Position numbers and translations under genes: made by a program. Under the pieces are notes generated by a model. The model searched no databases. It was not told where the DNA came from and worked only from the letters and a program-made list of their open reading frames with translations. A DNA stretch of 64,000 nucleotides from Balanoglossus misakiensis (lineage: Eukaryota; Animalia; Hemichordata), in the NCBI GenBank assembly GCA_040954595.2, contig CM082578.2, forward strand, positions 7,735,519 through 7,799,518, in the 5' to 3' direction. Of this stretch, positions 41,447 to 55,115 are shown piece after piece; within the stretch, counting starts at the first letter, position 1, and every line of letters starts with the position of its first letter.

Positions 41447-43390
41447 AAACCCAGCAGCCGATGATGCTAGACGGGGCATTCAGATGTCTTCCAAATGACG
41501 TCACGTGATTTAACATCCTCGGGGAAAACATTAGTATAGTGCAACACTTATTTCCCCCATACGTTATCTCTGCAGCTTAGCTGCGCTTAGACCCAAAGCA
41601 CATTAGGTAGAGGCAATTAGAGTAGTGCAATATCAAGAGTATAATCCCAAAGCGTTTTTGCCCATTTACACCCGTGATAACTATGTTTGAATCATTCCAC
41701 GATTTATACTGTGGGGGAAACTGGCCGTTGTCAACCCAAGCCATTAAAGAAATGGCGTGAAACATAATAGATCATGAAAGATTAATATATTCTGAGAGCA
41801 ATTCGGCAAATATACTCCGTCCCTGATAAAAATCCGTCCCCGCTTAGAATGTACATTGTATATAAGAAATGTAAAGTATATTGTTTATCTTATCACAGTA
41901 CTAAGGGCGCAATTGCGCCGCCGCAGATGGTTCTCATGAAATCTCGACCGAGCTTTAAAAAAATGCACCTACATGTGCTAGATTTTGGAATCTTTTCTCT
42001 TGAATATGATTCAAGGGGAAAAGACCAACCCATCTTTATCATGATCCTTATCTTACTCAGATTATAATGATGTGTACTCACGGCAGATTCGTGGCATTTA
42101 ATTTACATGTTGCCATTTATGGTTATGGGCGTTTCGACTTATGAGTTTCTCATATCAACATGTAGTGGTGCACTTTTTGCGGGGCCCCGTGTAGAGATCT
42201 GGGATTGGCCTGATCTATGCAGTATCTACGGTATCTGTGACCAAATTTGTACAGATGACTAATTTTCACTGTGGTCTTGATTTCAAGTCAACGCCCTAAA
42301 CAACCTAAGCAAGTACTGTCCAGACATCACTTGACACCATCTGTATTCTTTACACGGGAGCCCAGCAAAATCTACACCACTAAATGATCCATGGGATAGC
42401 CGCCATGCGCTCATACCCATAAATGGTAATATGTCATGAACCTGCCATTGACGTCTATTTTTGTCGTGATTTCTGAAAAGTGCAGTTTGTACCAACGTCA
42501 TGATTTCACGTTTCTAATGGAATGAAGGCAGTAGGATGGTTATACATATGTAGCTCATCAACTTATACCCGTAGGTATATATTTATAGACAGTTGCTTGA
42601 AATTCGCTCAAACTCAGGAGTTTTTTTACGATGTGTTTAAAGGTGTAGCCATGATCAAAATAATTGTCAAAATAGGGTTTGGTAGCAGCATGTTAGAATT
42701 ATATGAACACAGATAATGTCAATTCTTGATGGCGATTGACGATAGCTAAGATTAATATCTTGTCTCGATAGCAAGTGTATCAATTTACAAAAAAAATAAT
42801 ATTGGATTATAGATTTTATATCAATTTTATATTCACATTTACAGCATTTACAGAAATATAATTTTTTAACCTTTTGACGATGGAGAAACTAAGTTTCTTC
42901 TACATATGGGGGTATAATTTTTCAGATGTAAATTTCCGATGTGTGTCGTCGTATGACGAATTATAAATAATATCAATGATGTACATGTAATATGTAAATA
43001 TAAATAAGAAGTGCTTCATTGAATAATTGTCAAATCGGTTTGTGTGATACATGTCTCCGTTGTAGTTGTTTGTTTGTTCAGATATGTACTAGTATAATTG
43101 CAGATTTGTACTTAAATTTACATTGTCCTAAAAGCATGATACAATCAAAGGTCATGTTTTGCTAATATTGAGTGTTGATTCTACATCCCGTGTTGCTATT
43201 TACATATGAGCGTAGGATACTTGGATTTGGTTGATAAAATCTGCTTCGTATTGTTCGCGGCCTTTGCAGTTGTCACTCATACAAGTTACAGGGCTGTTCA
43301 CCCACATGAAGCTCAAAGTGTGTCATTGATTTCGTTATAAAGCCATGGACTGTGGTACATCGTATAGAATGAAGACCTCGCAACTGCTGT

Positions 43391-43710
43391 ACAGCACAGC
43401 ACAGCAAACAACAACACACCACAGCGCAGCACACCACACATCGAACAACATACACGCCATATTGCACCACACCACATCACACCACACTACACCACACCAC
43501 ACTACACCACACCACACAACACTGCAATAACACTACACATCTCACCTTCACCACGCCACGCTACCGCACATCACATGACATCGTATTTCACCACCAATCA
43601 AACACCGCACCACGCCACGCTAAACCGCACTGCAACATGGTGACCACATCACATACACAATTACACAATGCCATGTCCTATCACAGTGTGACACCAAACC
43701 ACACCACATC
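43391..43710. repeat. Degenerate (CACCA/CACTA/CACAT)n pentamer repeat
   Basis: Low-complexity C/A-rich pentamer array downstream of the cadherin. Confidence 0.85.
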
Positions 43711-46700
43711 GAACAACTCGATGATGACCCAGTCTGATATTCGATGTTTTGACATTTACCTTTTTTGTACGGATATTTTATACTAAAGATTAAACAGCAA
43801 TGGTTGAACAGTACTAATAAATAAGAAACATGCGATTAAAGGTGCGTTATTGTAGTTCTAGAAAATAAATAAATGCGGTGGAAATGAATAGATTTGTCTT
43901 ATTGTTTTTCATCAATTTGATTGATTTCATTTTTATTCACTTTCCATTTGAAAAATTACTACAGAATTTTCCATGGAAAAATCGGATAAAATATTGAAAT
44001 GCGAATGAACTACCTTTCAACCAAACAATCAAGTTGTGTCGTGTTCTGCAACGACTGTCCCCATTTCAGTCAAATGGTGAATTGCGCTGACCTCGCGAGT
44101 CAAGGCAACTGATCACCGGCTGTGGCGTCGCCTGAGGTAAGAAAGTGATGTTCACATGAACCGACTAGACATTAATATAACCCGGGTTTAATACACACGT
44201 AAAAGGAAAGAAAAATATGGTCACCAAACTATACTACAAGTGCGAAAGTGAAGGTCGCTATTTAATCGTAAGTTAACCCTTTAAACACGGTCTCTTCACG
44301 CTGAGACCGTGACCCAATAAAAAAGAAAAGGCACCTTTATGCCGCCAGTCGCAGCAACTTGCCTTTCTTGTCTGGGTTCGTTTTGTGAGGATAATCTTAC
44401 CATCACCCCCATCAACAGCCCATAATACACCAGTGCAACGTTTATGGGCGGCTATACTTTCACTGAGAGAATCACAATAGTTTTCGCAAAGGTTACTGAC
44501 CCTGAAATACTATATATATGCAGGCTGTCAACAGTTGTAATGTCTTGCATGTTCCGAGCGCTGAATGTTGTGCTACAATAATTTTTGTTTTGGTTTGCCT
44601 TTTGTTTCAAAATTATAACAGTTAACCACGGACTGGTAAGCAAAAGTCCGTCCAAGATGAAGTGAAGTTCTTGAGCAGTGCAAATCATGACACCATCCTC
44701 AAAAACTCTGGTTTCACCCTTAGAAGCAGGAGATTTGATCAGGCATTGACTCCGAACGCCAGGATATAATGAAGATGGCAATACTAAAAGGCCAAGGAGC
44801 GTCGTAAAGCCATACGTAAGACAATACCCGTGGACAGGCATATCTTCAGGCACTATCATCACTGATACTTAATGTCACGTTCGTATGTTGACATTTTAAA
44901 AGTCTTTAGGTGATATAAATACAAAGAGGCGTCAAATTAATGTCGAATATAAGCAAAACATTATTTTTTAGCAAAGGGGGTTGACCTCAGAAGGTTATCG
45001 AAGAGTTACAAGCAGATAGGTGTATTTTTGTTGGAACTCATGATGATGGTGGTCACGGTGGTGGTGTTGGTGGTGGTGGCGTGCGATTCGAAACCAATCA
45101 ATTGAAAAATGCATGCATTTGTGATGATGATTACTGTATTCATTCTAATTGAAATACACAGCTACCGAGGTGTGTACATGTACATTTTGTATTGTGCTTC
45201 GTATTGTGGATAGGTTGTCGTTAAAGCGAAAACCGAGTGTGGCTTGGTCCCCCCCCCCCTAAATGGGCACATGACCTTGGTGCATGACGCGCTCTGCGCA
45301 TGATGGATTACAAAGTCAAACATGTGGTGACCTAAATATTCTCTGAATGTTTGAGGAATGTTTAACTTGATGTCTGCGATGTTTCATATGCGAGCACATC
45401 TCACTTCACTTAAAACTGACGATTTCTTTGTGATGAATTCACACTTCCTTCGAGGCATTTTCTAGGCTTGCAATCCCCAGCCTAACTTGTAGGTCTGAAT
45501 ACCAGATTAGCACCATCCCCATCCATCGATGTATTCATGCCCACCCTTCTCTCTACCAAAACACCTTTGACAAATTTTACCTGCAGTTGTACTGTTTGAC
45601 TTGTAAGATAATTATATAACTTATTAACTGCATGTGCACGGTTGTTACTATGACAAATGGTAAATGGTGCAAACGGGTGCTTGACCGGTTTTCATGGGCC
45701 ACTTTCAAAAGTAATGTAGCGGGTCACGGGTCGCTAGTTTAAATTTGTTTATTTCTGGGGACCGTTCAATGTGAAGTACATTTGTACTCGTTGTCCGTGG
45801 TCCGCAAGTGTGGGAAAAATAATGTAGTTCGTTTTGAAAATGTCAACTGCCTGCGGGTCGAAACAGTCGGAAAGGGGACGGTCGGAGAATGCGCAGAATA
45901 CAACAACGCGCCAAAGTAGATTTGTCGTGTGTTGGGCGGTCCCCCCTATCCACAATCGAACAGTCAAAGGGGAGCTTAAAACGTACAGAGTGCCTGTTTG
46001 TGTTTAAGTCCGAGGTACCACGCGGGGCAGGGAATTCATGTGAATGTGCGCCACTCGTTCCCGCGCCATCTTTGCCACAACTTCACGGTAGCGAAAAGTT
46101 TGCACCTACAGAACCAGGATCCGCCATTGCCATTGGTCCAACTACTGTCAAAGCAATTTCTTCACGACTGTTGCCAGTATACTGCTTGTGATTTACCAGT
46201 CACTGACTGTGGATTTACTCATCTCTACATTAACTGCGCCGGGCTAAGAAACCAAGTCGAGCAGTAGCCTTAAAATGTGAGTATAACTTTGGAATTTAAC
46301 TTGAATGTTCTGGCGTCAGTGCAAGCCTTGCTGATGGCGTTCAATGGTGCGACTGCACTGTCACCGGCAAGTTTTAAACTTGGGCAACATCTTGATATTG
46401 GTTTCACTGGCCTTGAGCATATGAACAGTAGCCCCAAGGACATCATGAAATCCCTAGTGATCTTGTGTCATTAGGTCAACCGACCTTTCAGTTCGATGGG
46501 TTACTCCCTGCATTAATTTGTAAACATCGAAACGTGACATTACGCACGGATACAGATAGACCTTGAGTTAATTGTAATGTCTGGTGTAGTATTTGCGTTT
46601 TACATACATTGTTGTACGTGCGTAATACTGTACGTGATAATCATCACTTTTATGAACGGATTTCTTTTCTCGTCGTTATCTTCGCCAGTTACGTGTATAC

Positions 46701-48448
46701 GGTCCCTATATCCAAGCACCGCTTCCCCGAGGACGAGGCCACTGGTCTAAATCGCTGAAGCGTGTGATTTGAAAGTTACGAGGTGTGTGAACCTCGAGGT
46801 AGATTTTAAGTGATGTTGATTTTTCCGTCGTAATGGAACAGGAACAACCAACTGGTAGCTTCACATATGAAACACAAATGATGCATAGACCGGTTCGTAT
46901 TTGTTTCTATCGAAAGACAATCGAATTCGAGCGAAATTGGTCAGGGATGCAAATGTAAAATCCCGTTTCTTCTCGTCTTCCAACCTCGCCTGCACGAAGA
47001 CGCCCTCCACGACCAACTTGCCATCAGTGAATGCGATGCGTGTGTCCATATATTTTGACCGAGAAATTTGTGATTGAAAAAGTATTGTCATAGCTAGCTC
47101 CACAAGCTACCTCAATATTAAATTATTGAAGGTTGAGGGAAAAGCGAAAATAAGTTAATACGACGGAGAACTTCCGATCTACAGTTTTGCAATAATCATT
47201 ACTAACTGAACAATCTCTGCATGTACTTGTCTCTTCTTCTGTGTTACCCCACATCCTGTATTTATCAGTTGCTAATCCAGAATACAAGCTATCCAGTTTC
47301 CCGTTAAGCACCTGCTAATTACTTAATCTGTGTACCCCATCGACAGATTAAATTGATAACGTAAATATCCGTGAACCAGTTCTGCTTTTACCCCAGAACT
47401 GCATGGTCATACCCAGTACTGGTTTACCGATGACGATGTTTACTTTATCAACAATCGATGATATCGTGGAGCGTATTGTAAAAGGCCTGGTTTTCGAGAA
47501 TGGGGCGCAACAGATTATTAGTGAGATAGCGGGTTCGGGGTCTGATATCAACTATTGAAACGAATACGTCACATTATACTATGAATGCTTATCTGATGCC
47601 AAGAATCCCGTTGTCGCCAGGTCGCTCACTTTTCACCGTATTTTAGTAATTTCTTTTGATAACTTATTTGTGTTTTCTGTTCACTGAAACATTATTTACA
47701 CCATATATATGGGTATACCATATACTGCTTCATAACAATGGCCATGTTATTGACCAAAAATCGATCGAATTGTTCATGCGTTATATACACATATACTCAG
47801 GCTGGGCATGGGTAGAAATATGACAGTCGGTCAACGATATAAATAAGCTTAAGCTATTAAAGGAAATTAAAAAGCAACTTTGAAAAAATGTTAAAAGTAG
47901 GTGATTTAAAAAAAAGTTTCATTTTTGACCACATGGTCACTGATTTCGTTTCAACCATGTAACGGCATGGCTTCAATCTATCATCATGATATGTCCCGTG
48001 ACGTAATCCTAATCTCCAAGCAGGCTTGTTCTATAACGGAATCTTTCATTGGCTTGCATTAATCAGAGGTGATTGGGCAAGTATTTAAAACCGAGTTTAT
48101 CAGATTCACGCCCTCCCCGCCAGAAAATCCCTTCCCCCATAGACATAAGACAGTCCAACAGACAATGTCCTCACAGTCCTTGAGCAAGATTTGTACCTAT
48201 ACGCTGAGGGCTAGCCTAGGTCAGCTAATCTTATCTCGTTAAATTTCTGGGGAATTTTTTATCGGGAATATAGGGCCAACATTGATAAAAAGTTGTTTAC
48301 GTAATGGGTTATATTCTCTGAACAACGTTTTAACTTTTAGACGACAATTTGAATATGCAAATATACCCTTTTTATATTGACAGCAGTGTTGACGCCAGCA
48401 GACGGTATACATCCATTGCTTGCAAAGCGCACGTGTTGAGAGATCACA

Positions 48449-51400
48449 ATGGCGGAAAAGCAAATGATGAACACCTACGAGACCGACCAAGACAGCGAAG
48501 AAGAAGACGAGAACAAGGAGCGTGGCAATTGGACGGGGAGGCTTGATTTTGTCCTTTCGTTGATCGGATACGCCATCGGAATGAGCAATATCTGGAGATT
48601 TCCTATCCTCTGTTACAGAAACGGAGGGGGTAAGCAAGCGTACCTGTAATTTTGGACAGTTATGACTGACACAGTTTCTTTAGAAAAGTTTCAGTAGGCT
48701 TCCGATCAAGTATAGCATAACAAAGTTCCTTAGGCTAACTACGAACCCTACCCACTCTCAGTACTATACGTAGGCTATTCACGATATTTACATCCGCGCC
48801 ATCCTGCGGCATCTCGACAATTGAGAACCCAGTCAGATCCGTGTATGAATGCTGAAGCAGTCTCGTTAGATTTGCTCCCGATTGGAAAACTGCTCGTCGA
48901 TTCGCTCTTCGAACAAGTGGACATCACAAGCAAGAATGCTGCAGCTGTACATCTTAGATTTGGGAATAGACCTTCCGAGGCGTCTCATCACATGATTGAC
49001 GCAACATATCGAGCTGCTCTCCAAAACCACCTGTTCCAAGCCTACCGGTATTGGGGTTAAAGTTCATCGCTACATTCACAGTTCATCGTCCGCCGCGCCA
49101 GATTGCGCTCGCGATCACGAGCTTGAAAGAAAACAATCGGTTGTCCGCGGTCACTCATTTCATTCCTTCATTGTGCGAATTAGATTTGCAGTCTGGCAAG
49201 CGAGACTACAAGCAAGACAGTTTTCCCGCGTAGGCCCTATATAAAATTAGAATGATAAAGGTGCACTCGAACTAAAATGTTACAAAATCGTTCCTCAGCC
49301 TCGATGTCGAGACCGCAACGTGTCTAGCTTTGCTGTGGCCATCGAGTGAGTGGTCACCACCTGGGGTCGCCACCGCGCCATGCCTGGCGATGACCGACGA
49401 TGGGAAGTGACCTTATGCCTCAATACACCGTCACACCAAAGATGCGTGTCCATAGCTAAGTACTATGGATGGATTGTGTGTTTTCCTATTCCATTATTCT
49501 TCAAAATATCAGAAGAAAATAGTTGTGTGTCAGTTCAAAATTCCATAAATCAGAGCGTCAAAAATTCATGCTGTTTCCTCTGTAGGCCTACCAGCAAACA
49601 ACTCCATTGACGCTGTCATGCTTGGGTTGATTTGAGGTCATTGATCGTTGCACCCCTCAATACATAGCTAGGAGACAACAAAGTCGATTTAGCGTTTAGT
49701 TTAACTTTATGCATGATTTCGCAGACCTTAGAAGACTTATTGAAGAGCTCTTAAGCCCATATTCTGTCTATTGTAACTGTATGGAAACTGTGACTGACTG
49801 TATAGGCCTAAGATATATCTGATCTTGTGGTCTGTTTTAAAATATATCTTAACGTCATTTTAGTCGTTTATGTAGGAGGTGTCGCAATATGACTCGAATT
49901 ATCAATTTACGGTGTAGGCCTAGGCCTTCGCCTAATCGGAATAAAATATGCTGTGCTAGAGATACGACTACGTATTTAACCTTTGCCGAGTCTCTCGTTC
50001 GGTCAGAGACAGTTCCTGAACTCTTTTTGTTCGGAATGACGTCCTATCTCTTACTTATCCAATTCAAATCTAATTTCGATTCATCCTTCAGGTGCGTTCC
50101 TTGTCCCATATCTGATATTCATGGCGTTGTGTGGGATGCCTCTTTTCTTCCTGGAAGTTGCGTTCGGTCAGTTTTGCAGCGAAGGTCCGATCACCGCCTG
50201 GAAAGTATGCAGACTCTTTAAAGGTAAGAGTCCCTTTGGTTAATTGGTCTACAAAGTCTGGCACTGTAGATTTGGTGCTCAAATTGTGTATCTTTTCCCC
50301 ACATGTGTTGTATAATGTTTACTATCAAATCGTTCTACACTCGTACTGTCAGAACCATTCCGACCCCATGCATGGTATTCCGGGACAAAATCATATGACG
50401 TCACCTGTGGCTGAATTGTGTGAAATGTATCCAGATAGGCCTATGACATATCTCTGCTACCCAAATTATGAGGGACATACAGCATGCCTGGTTTTGACTC
50501 GCAACAGTGGTTTCGTATGGAAGGTAAAATTATGACCCTTTCCACATACTTACAACCATATTTTGTCTTTTTGGTATGGTATATACAATGTACATGTAGG
50601 TGCTGGCGTTGGCATGACAATCATAACGGGTTTGACTATCATCTACTACAACGTCATCATCGCCTACATCATCTACTACTTCATCGCGTCGTTCACGGCC
50701 ATTCCCGGCGTGCCCTGGGCTTCCTGTGACAACTGGTGGAACACGGAGGCCTGCTCGTTGCTTCAGAAAGCCGCAAACTGTACAAACTGCACTGGATTTG
50801 GCGGCAATTGGACAGACAGTGCGTTATACCGCCTCATATCGAATTCATCCGAAGATAACATAACATACGACGTCGAAGAGGTTAAACCAGTCACTCCTGG
50901 CGAAGAATTCTGGAAGTATGTCAATGTTATTCTGGTATATTTTTAAGAAATAAATCCATAAGATGCTTTGCATTATTAATACTAAACGACATGGCTATTT
51001 TAGCATATTCACGATAAGTTTAACAACATTTTTATTCATGTTTGCGCATGTACACAGAACAAACGAAGACATTGCAAACTTGAAATTTACAAACTATGAA
51101 ATGAAAAACCTAACTTTGACCATTAAATTAAGTAGTATAATTCTACAAGAAAATGATTAAATCTTTGCGACACAAAGCCTTTGAGTATAGCTTTAAAGTA
51201 GAATGATATTGTTTCGCATATTTGTGTTTAAGCCATCGTATACTGGGCATCAGCGATGGAATAGAAGACCTTGGCAATATTAAATGGGAGTTGGCGTTGT
51301 TGCTGCTGCTGGCATGGATTGTCATATTCCTGTGTTTGTGCAGAGGTGTCAAGTCTTCGGGGAAGGTGAGATTCTCTGACTGGAAAGTGGAAGAAAACAA

Positions 51401-54400
51401 CGAAAACTCGCATATCGCGGATCGTGTATAGATACTCAACGTTCTCAAACGTTTGTTGTCTGCGTTCATGGCGGATACATACAATTCAGATTACAATTCA
51501 CAAGACCTAGTGTACGCTTTTTGCAGGTACAAAGTCAAACATACACAGTGAGTTCATTTTGAATGAATGTTTGGACACATGTCAAACCTTTAGGCGATTC
51601 CGTTTGTCTCGTGTTGACACTGGTTTCAGCAAACACGTCTTGGTGAAAACGTGACCAACAATTAAAAATCTGTTCAAGTTTTCCATTGCAATCATTTCAG
51701 GTGTTGCCAGTGAGTGAACCTTGGTCAATCATATTTGAATGTCATCATGATTCGTTCACATGTTCATGATTATCTATTTTTTTCTTCTAACAGGTGGTTT
51801 ATTTTACCGCCACATTTCCTTATTTGGTTATGACCATGCTGATCATCCGTGGAGTCACTTTACCAGGTGCTCGGCAGGGACTGGAATTCTTCTTCATTCC
51901 AAGATGGGAACTTCTGAAGTCATTTAAGGTAAATCGTTGTACGTGCGTGGAACAGCATTTTCCAGAGACTATCCTTCATGCTGTGTCATGATTAACCAGA
52001 CCATCTTTTTCACAGGTGTGGAGTGACGCCGCTCTTCAGATTTTCTGGTCATTGGGGCCATCTTGGGGAGGGTTGTTGACCATGGCCAGTTACAACAAAT
52101 TTAACCACAACTGTCTCAGGTAAATAATTGAAAATTTGATACACCTCGACGTCGGTGTTGGATTTAGATGATCGGTAACCGGGTATACTTGAGTTAATAA
52201 CGATTGAGGGGTGTGTGCATCTCCAGTGCATCTCTGGAATAAGTTCAGTACTACACTCGTTTCTTATGCTCTGACCATCCATGGTAACCTCCGCCGCCAC
52301 CAACGTTAACACTGCCACCACCACCGTGAACAAACGACAGATTCGTGCCCCATTTCATTTGACGACGTTCTCACATTTACAGGGATTCCATTCTGGTTCC
52401 GATCGTGAATTCGTGTACCAGTCTGTACTGTGGTATAGCTGTCTTCTCTGTGCTGGGATTCCTGTCACAAGACACGGGCTTACCGATCGAAAAGGTCGTC
52501 AAAGCAGGTATTTCATTTAACTTGCTTGCACCAACTTTACCGCAGGAAAAGAGACACACAAAAATATCACCTCAGGTAGTATCTATCAAAATATATAGCA
52601 ATGTAATTTATTTATTTACAGGTTGCCCAGCTTGCATGTTCATAAAACCTGTAAGACAAACGCAGGCAAACACAATTAACGTTGTAATCATATATTTAAA
52701 AAAACACATTTCATCCTGCTCGTAAAATCTATTGCATCGCATGTGAATGAAATAAACAAACTCAAGTCTGATTTGTATTCAAGGACACATTAAATATGAT
52801 CTTCCTTCTCTGTCATTTCTAGGACCAGGTCTGATATTCGTAGTTTATCCAGAGGCCCTGGCTCGCATCCCTTGGGCACCGCTATGGTCGGCTTTATTTT
52901 TCACCATGATGTTTACTATAGGGCTCGATAGTCAGGTAAGAACCCCGGGGGTGTAACTCCTATAAAATACTATGCGGTTTTGTGGCCCGCAGTTAAAACC
53001 CAGATCCCGTTTAATTTTAGGTCATTATCATGAAAGATATACCCCCATCTCTAGAGGAAATCATTGGCACACACGCCATTTTGTCTAAATATTAAATACA
53101 TGTAGATGAAACAATGACCCGATTCCGGACCTTTGATGAAGACCCCACCCAAAAGACTGCACGTATACCGTGTTGCTAACATCCGGGGTAAGACGGCTTT
53201 GAAACCGAAGTGGTACTAGATATTTTCACAGCAGCATAAAAGTGTGAATACACTGAAGCATGTGTTTGACTGAATGTGCCAGAATGTTTTGCCTGACGGT
53301 GGTAATCCACATTGACCTTTTTACATCTTTCAGTTCGTCATGGTTGAGGGCGTTTGCAGCGCCCTTGTTGACAGCTACCCTAAACAGTTGAGAAAGAAGA
53401 AGACACTGGTCGTTCTTTGCATTTGCATCACCTGTTTCATCCTGGGTTTACCAATGACAACCTCGGTAAGTTCGCGTGGATTACAAATCATAAATTAAAC
53501 CAATCAAACCAACGTACAGGTACTCATGCTGAAAATGTAGGATTTGTTGAGGTCTTCACGTTTTATTTTTATTTACAAACGTGGCTATGGTGAGATAGTT
53601 ACCACTGTTCAAGACGAGCTAGTTATGCTAATATAAGAGAGAGAGAGAGAGAGAGATGTCTGATCTTATATATAACCTGTAAAATTGCATGTTTAACTAA
53701 TAATTATTAAATAAATAATAAGTGCTAAACGTTTACTCATTTTGCGATTTCATTGATAGGGTGGCAATTACATTCTCTTCATACTGGATTGGTTGATAAG
53801 TTACTTTGGTCTCATGGTCATTGCCCTCATCGAATGCCTCGTTTTCGTTGCCATATACGGTGAGTGTTATTTGCATCAAAACTTATTTTGGTTACGTTAC
53901 TTTGCGTTTAGAAACACCTCTGGACGTGTCGAGAGAACTGAAAAAGGTTCCATGCTCATATACACCCCTACACCACACTTGTACAGTTTTCAAATACCAA
54001 CCAAGCTATCGGGCCGAGACAGTGCCACTTATCACTCTAACATTCTTTGTTGTATAGGAATAAACAATTTCTACGATGACATCGCAATGATGCTTGGGAA
54101 ATATCCGTCTGTCTGGTGGAAGATATGTTGGGCTGTGATCACGCCTCTCATTATTCTGGTGAGTGTTTTAGAAAAGATAAACGCAGATATGGTTAGCGAT
54201 GTTGACATATGATGAACATACACCTTTTGATTTAAAAGCCCAAAATACTACAATTTTCAGCCTAGTTTTAAAGGTAAAATGCGTCAGTATTCTCATTATT
54301 CTGAGCTGCCGGACGACACCATTTTAAATTTGCGAAGATTCTGATACGCATGCGCACACACCACGGATAGTTTTGTACTCTTGCTGCGGGAGGCCGAAAA

Positions 54401-55115
54401 AGTTTGTCATGTGTATACCCATTAAGTCTGAAATAAAATCATGAAAATAGCATGCATTCCGCATAAAGTTTTCAACCGGAAAGTTCAAGTATAAATATAT
54501 ATAATGACATTTTTTCTTTATTTTAGTTCATACTCATAATGATGTTCATAGAGAACGCCCCTATCATCTATGGCGAGTACACGTATCCCGATTGGGCATT
54601 GGTGATTGGTTGGATGATTTCCTCTCTGTCTGTCGTCATCATACCCGTGTGGATGGTGGTGGAGTACTGTTTGTCGTCTAAAGGTGACACCTGCATCCAG
54701 GTAAATAACAAATACAAACAAGCATAACAAACAAACTAACGAACACGCCTAGCAAGCAAACAAACAAACAAACAGGCAGGCAAACAGACAGACAAAACAC
54801 GAATTCTACCCTCGTACTTTAACTTTGCTATAAATAAAATACATGAAACATTACTTGGATGCCGATATTTAAGAACATTATTTCACATTTTCATTTTTAA
54901 AGCGTAAATGACGCCCACATCAAGAAGTGTCTTCATGTTACTTTCTGCTTAAACATTGACAGCGTTGGCGCTCACTCACACATCCGACAAGTGACTGGGG
55001 TCCGGCCGTCCAGAAATTTCGAACGGGTCGCTATGCTCCCGCCACGAAGCCAGACGTGCAGTATGTTGAAATGAGGAAACGCCAGCCTGGGCCCGAGGCC
55101 AAGTACTACGAATAG
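48449..55115 (+). CDS. SLC6 Na+/Cl- dependent amino-acid transporter, glycine-transporter-like, paralogue A, 632 aa, 13 coding exons
   Basis: Exons: 48449-48629, 50092-50223, 50600-50915, 51233-51365, 51794-51928, 52016-52119, 52383-52507, 52823-52935, 53334-53465, 53760-53859, 54058-54158, 54527-54700, 54963-55115 (1899 nt, phases consistent, TAG). SLC6 motifs: [78 protein letters not shown]. Confidence 0.95.
52942..53189. mobile_element. Putative MITE with 7-bp TIR and 4-bp target-site duplication in SLC6-A intron 8
   Basis: AAGA|ACCCCGG...CCGGGGT|AAGA. This intron is 398 nt versus 170 nt in paralogue B. Confidence 0.5.
53636..53655. repeat. (AG)n microsatellite
   Basis: Dinucleotide run in SLC6-A intron 9. 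Confidence 0.85.

Noticed and set aside
44452-44862. 136-aa minus-strand ORF
   Set aside because: No motif, codon bias or splice context.
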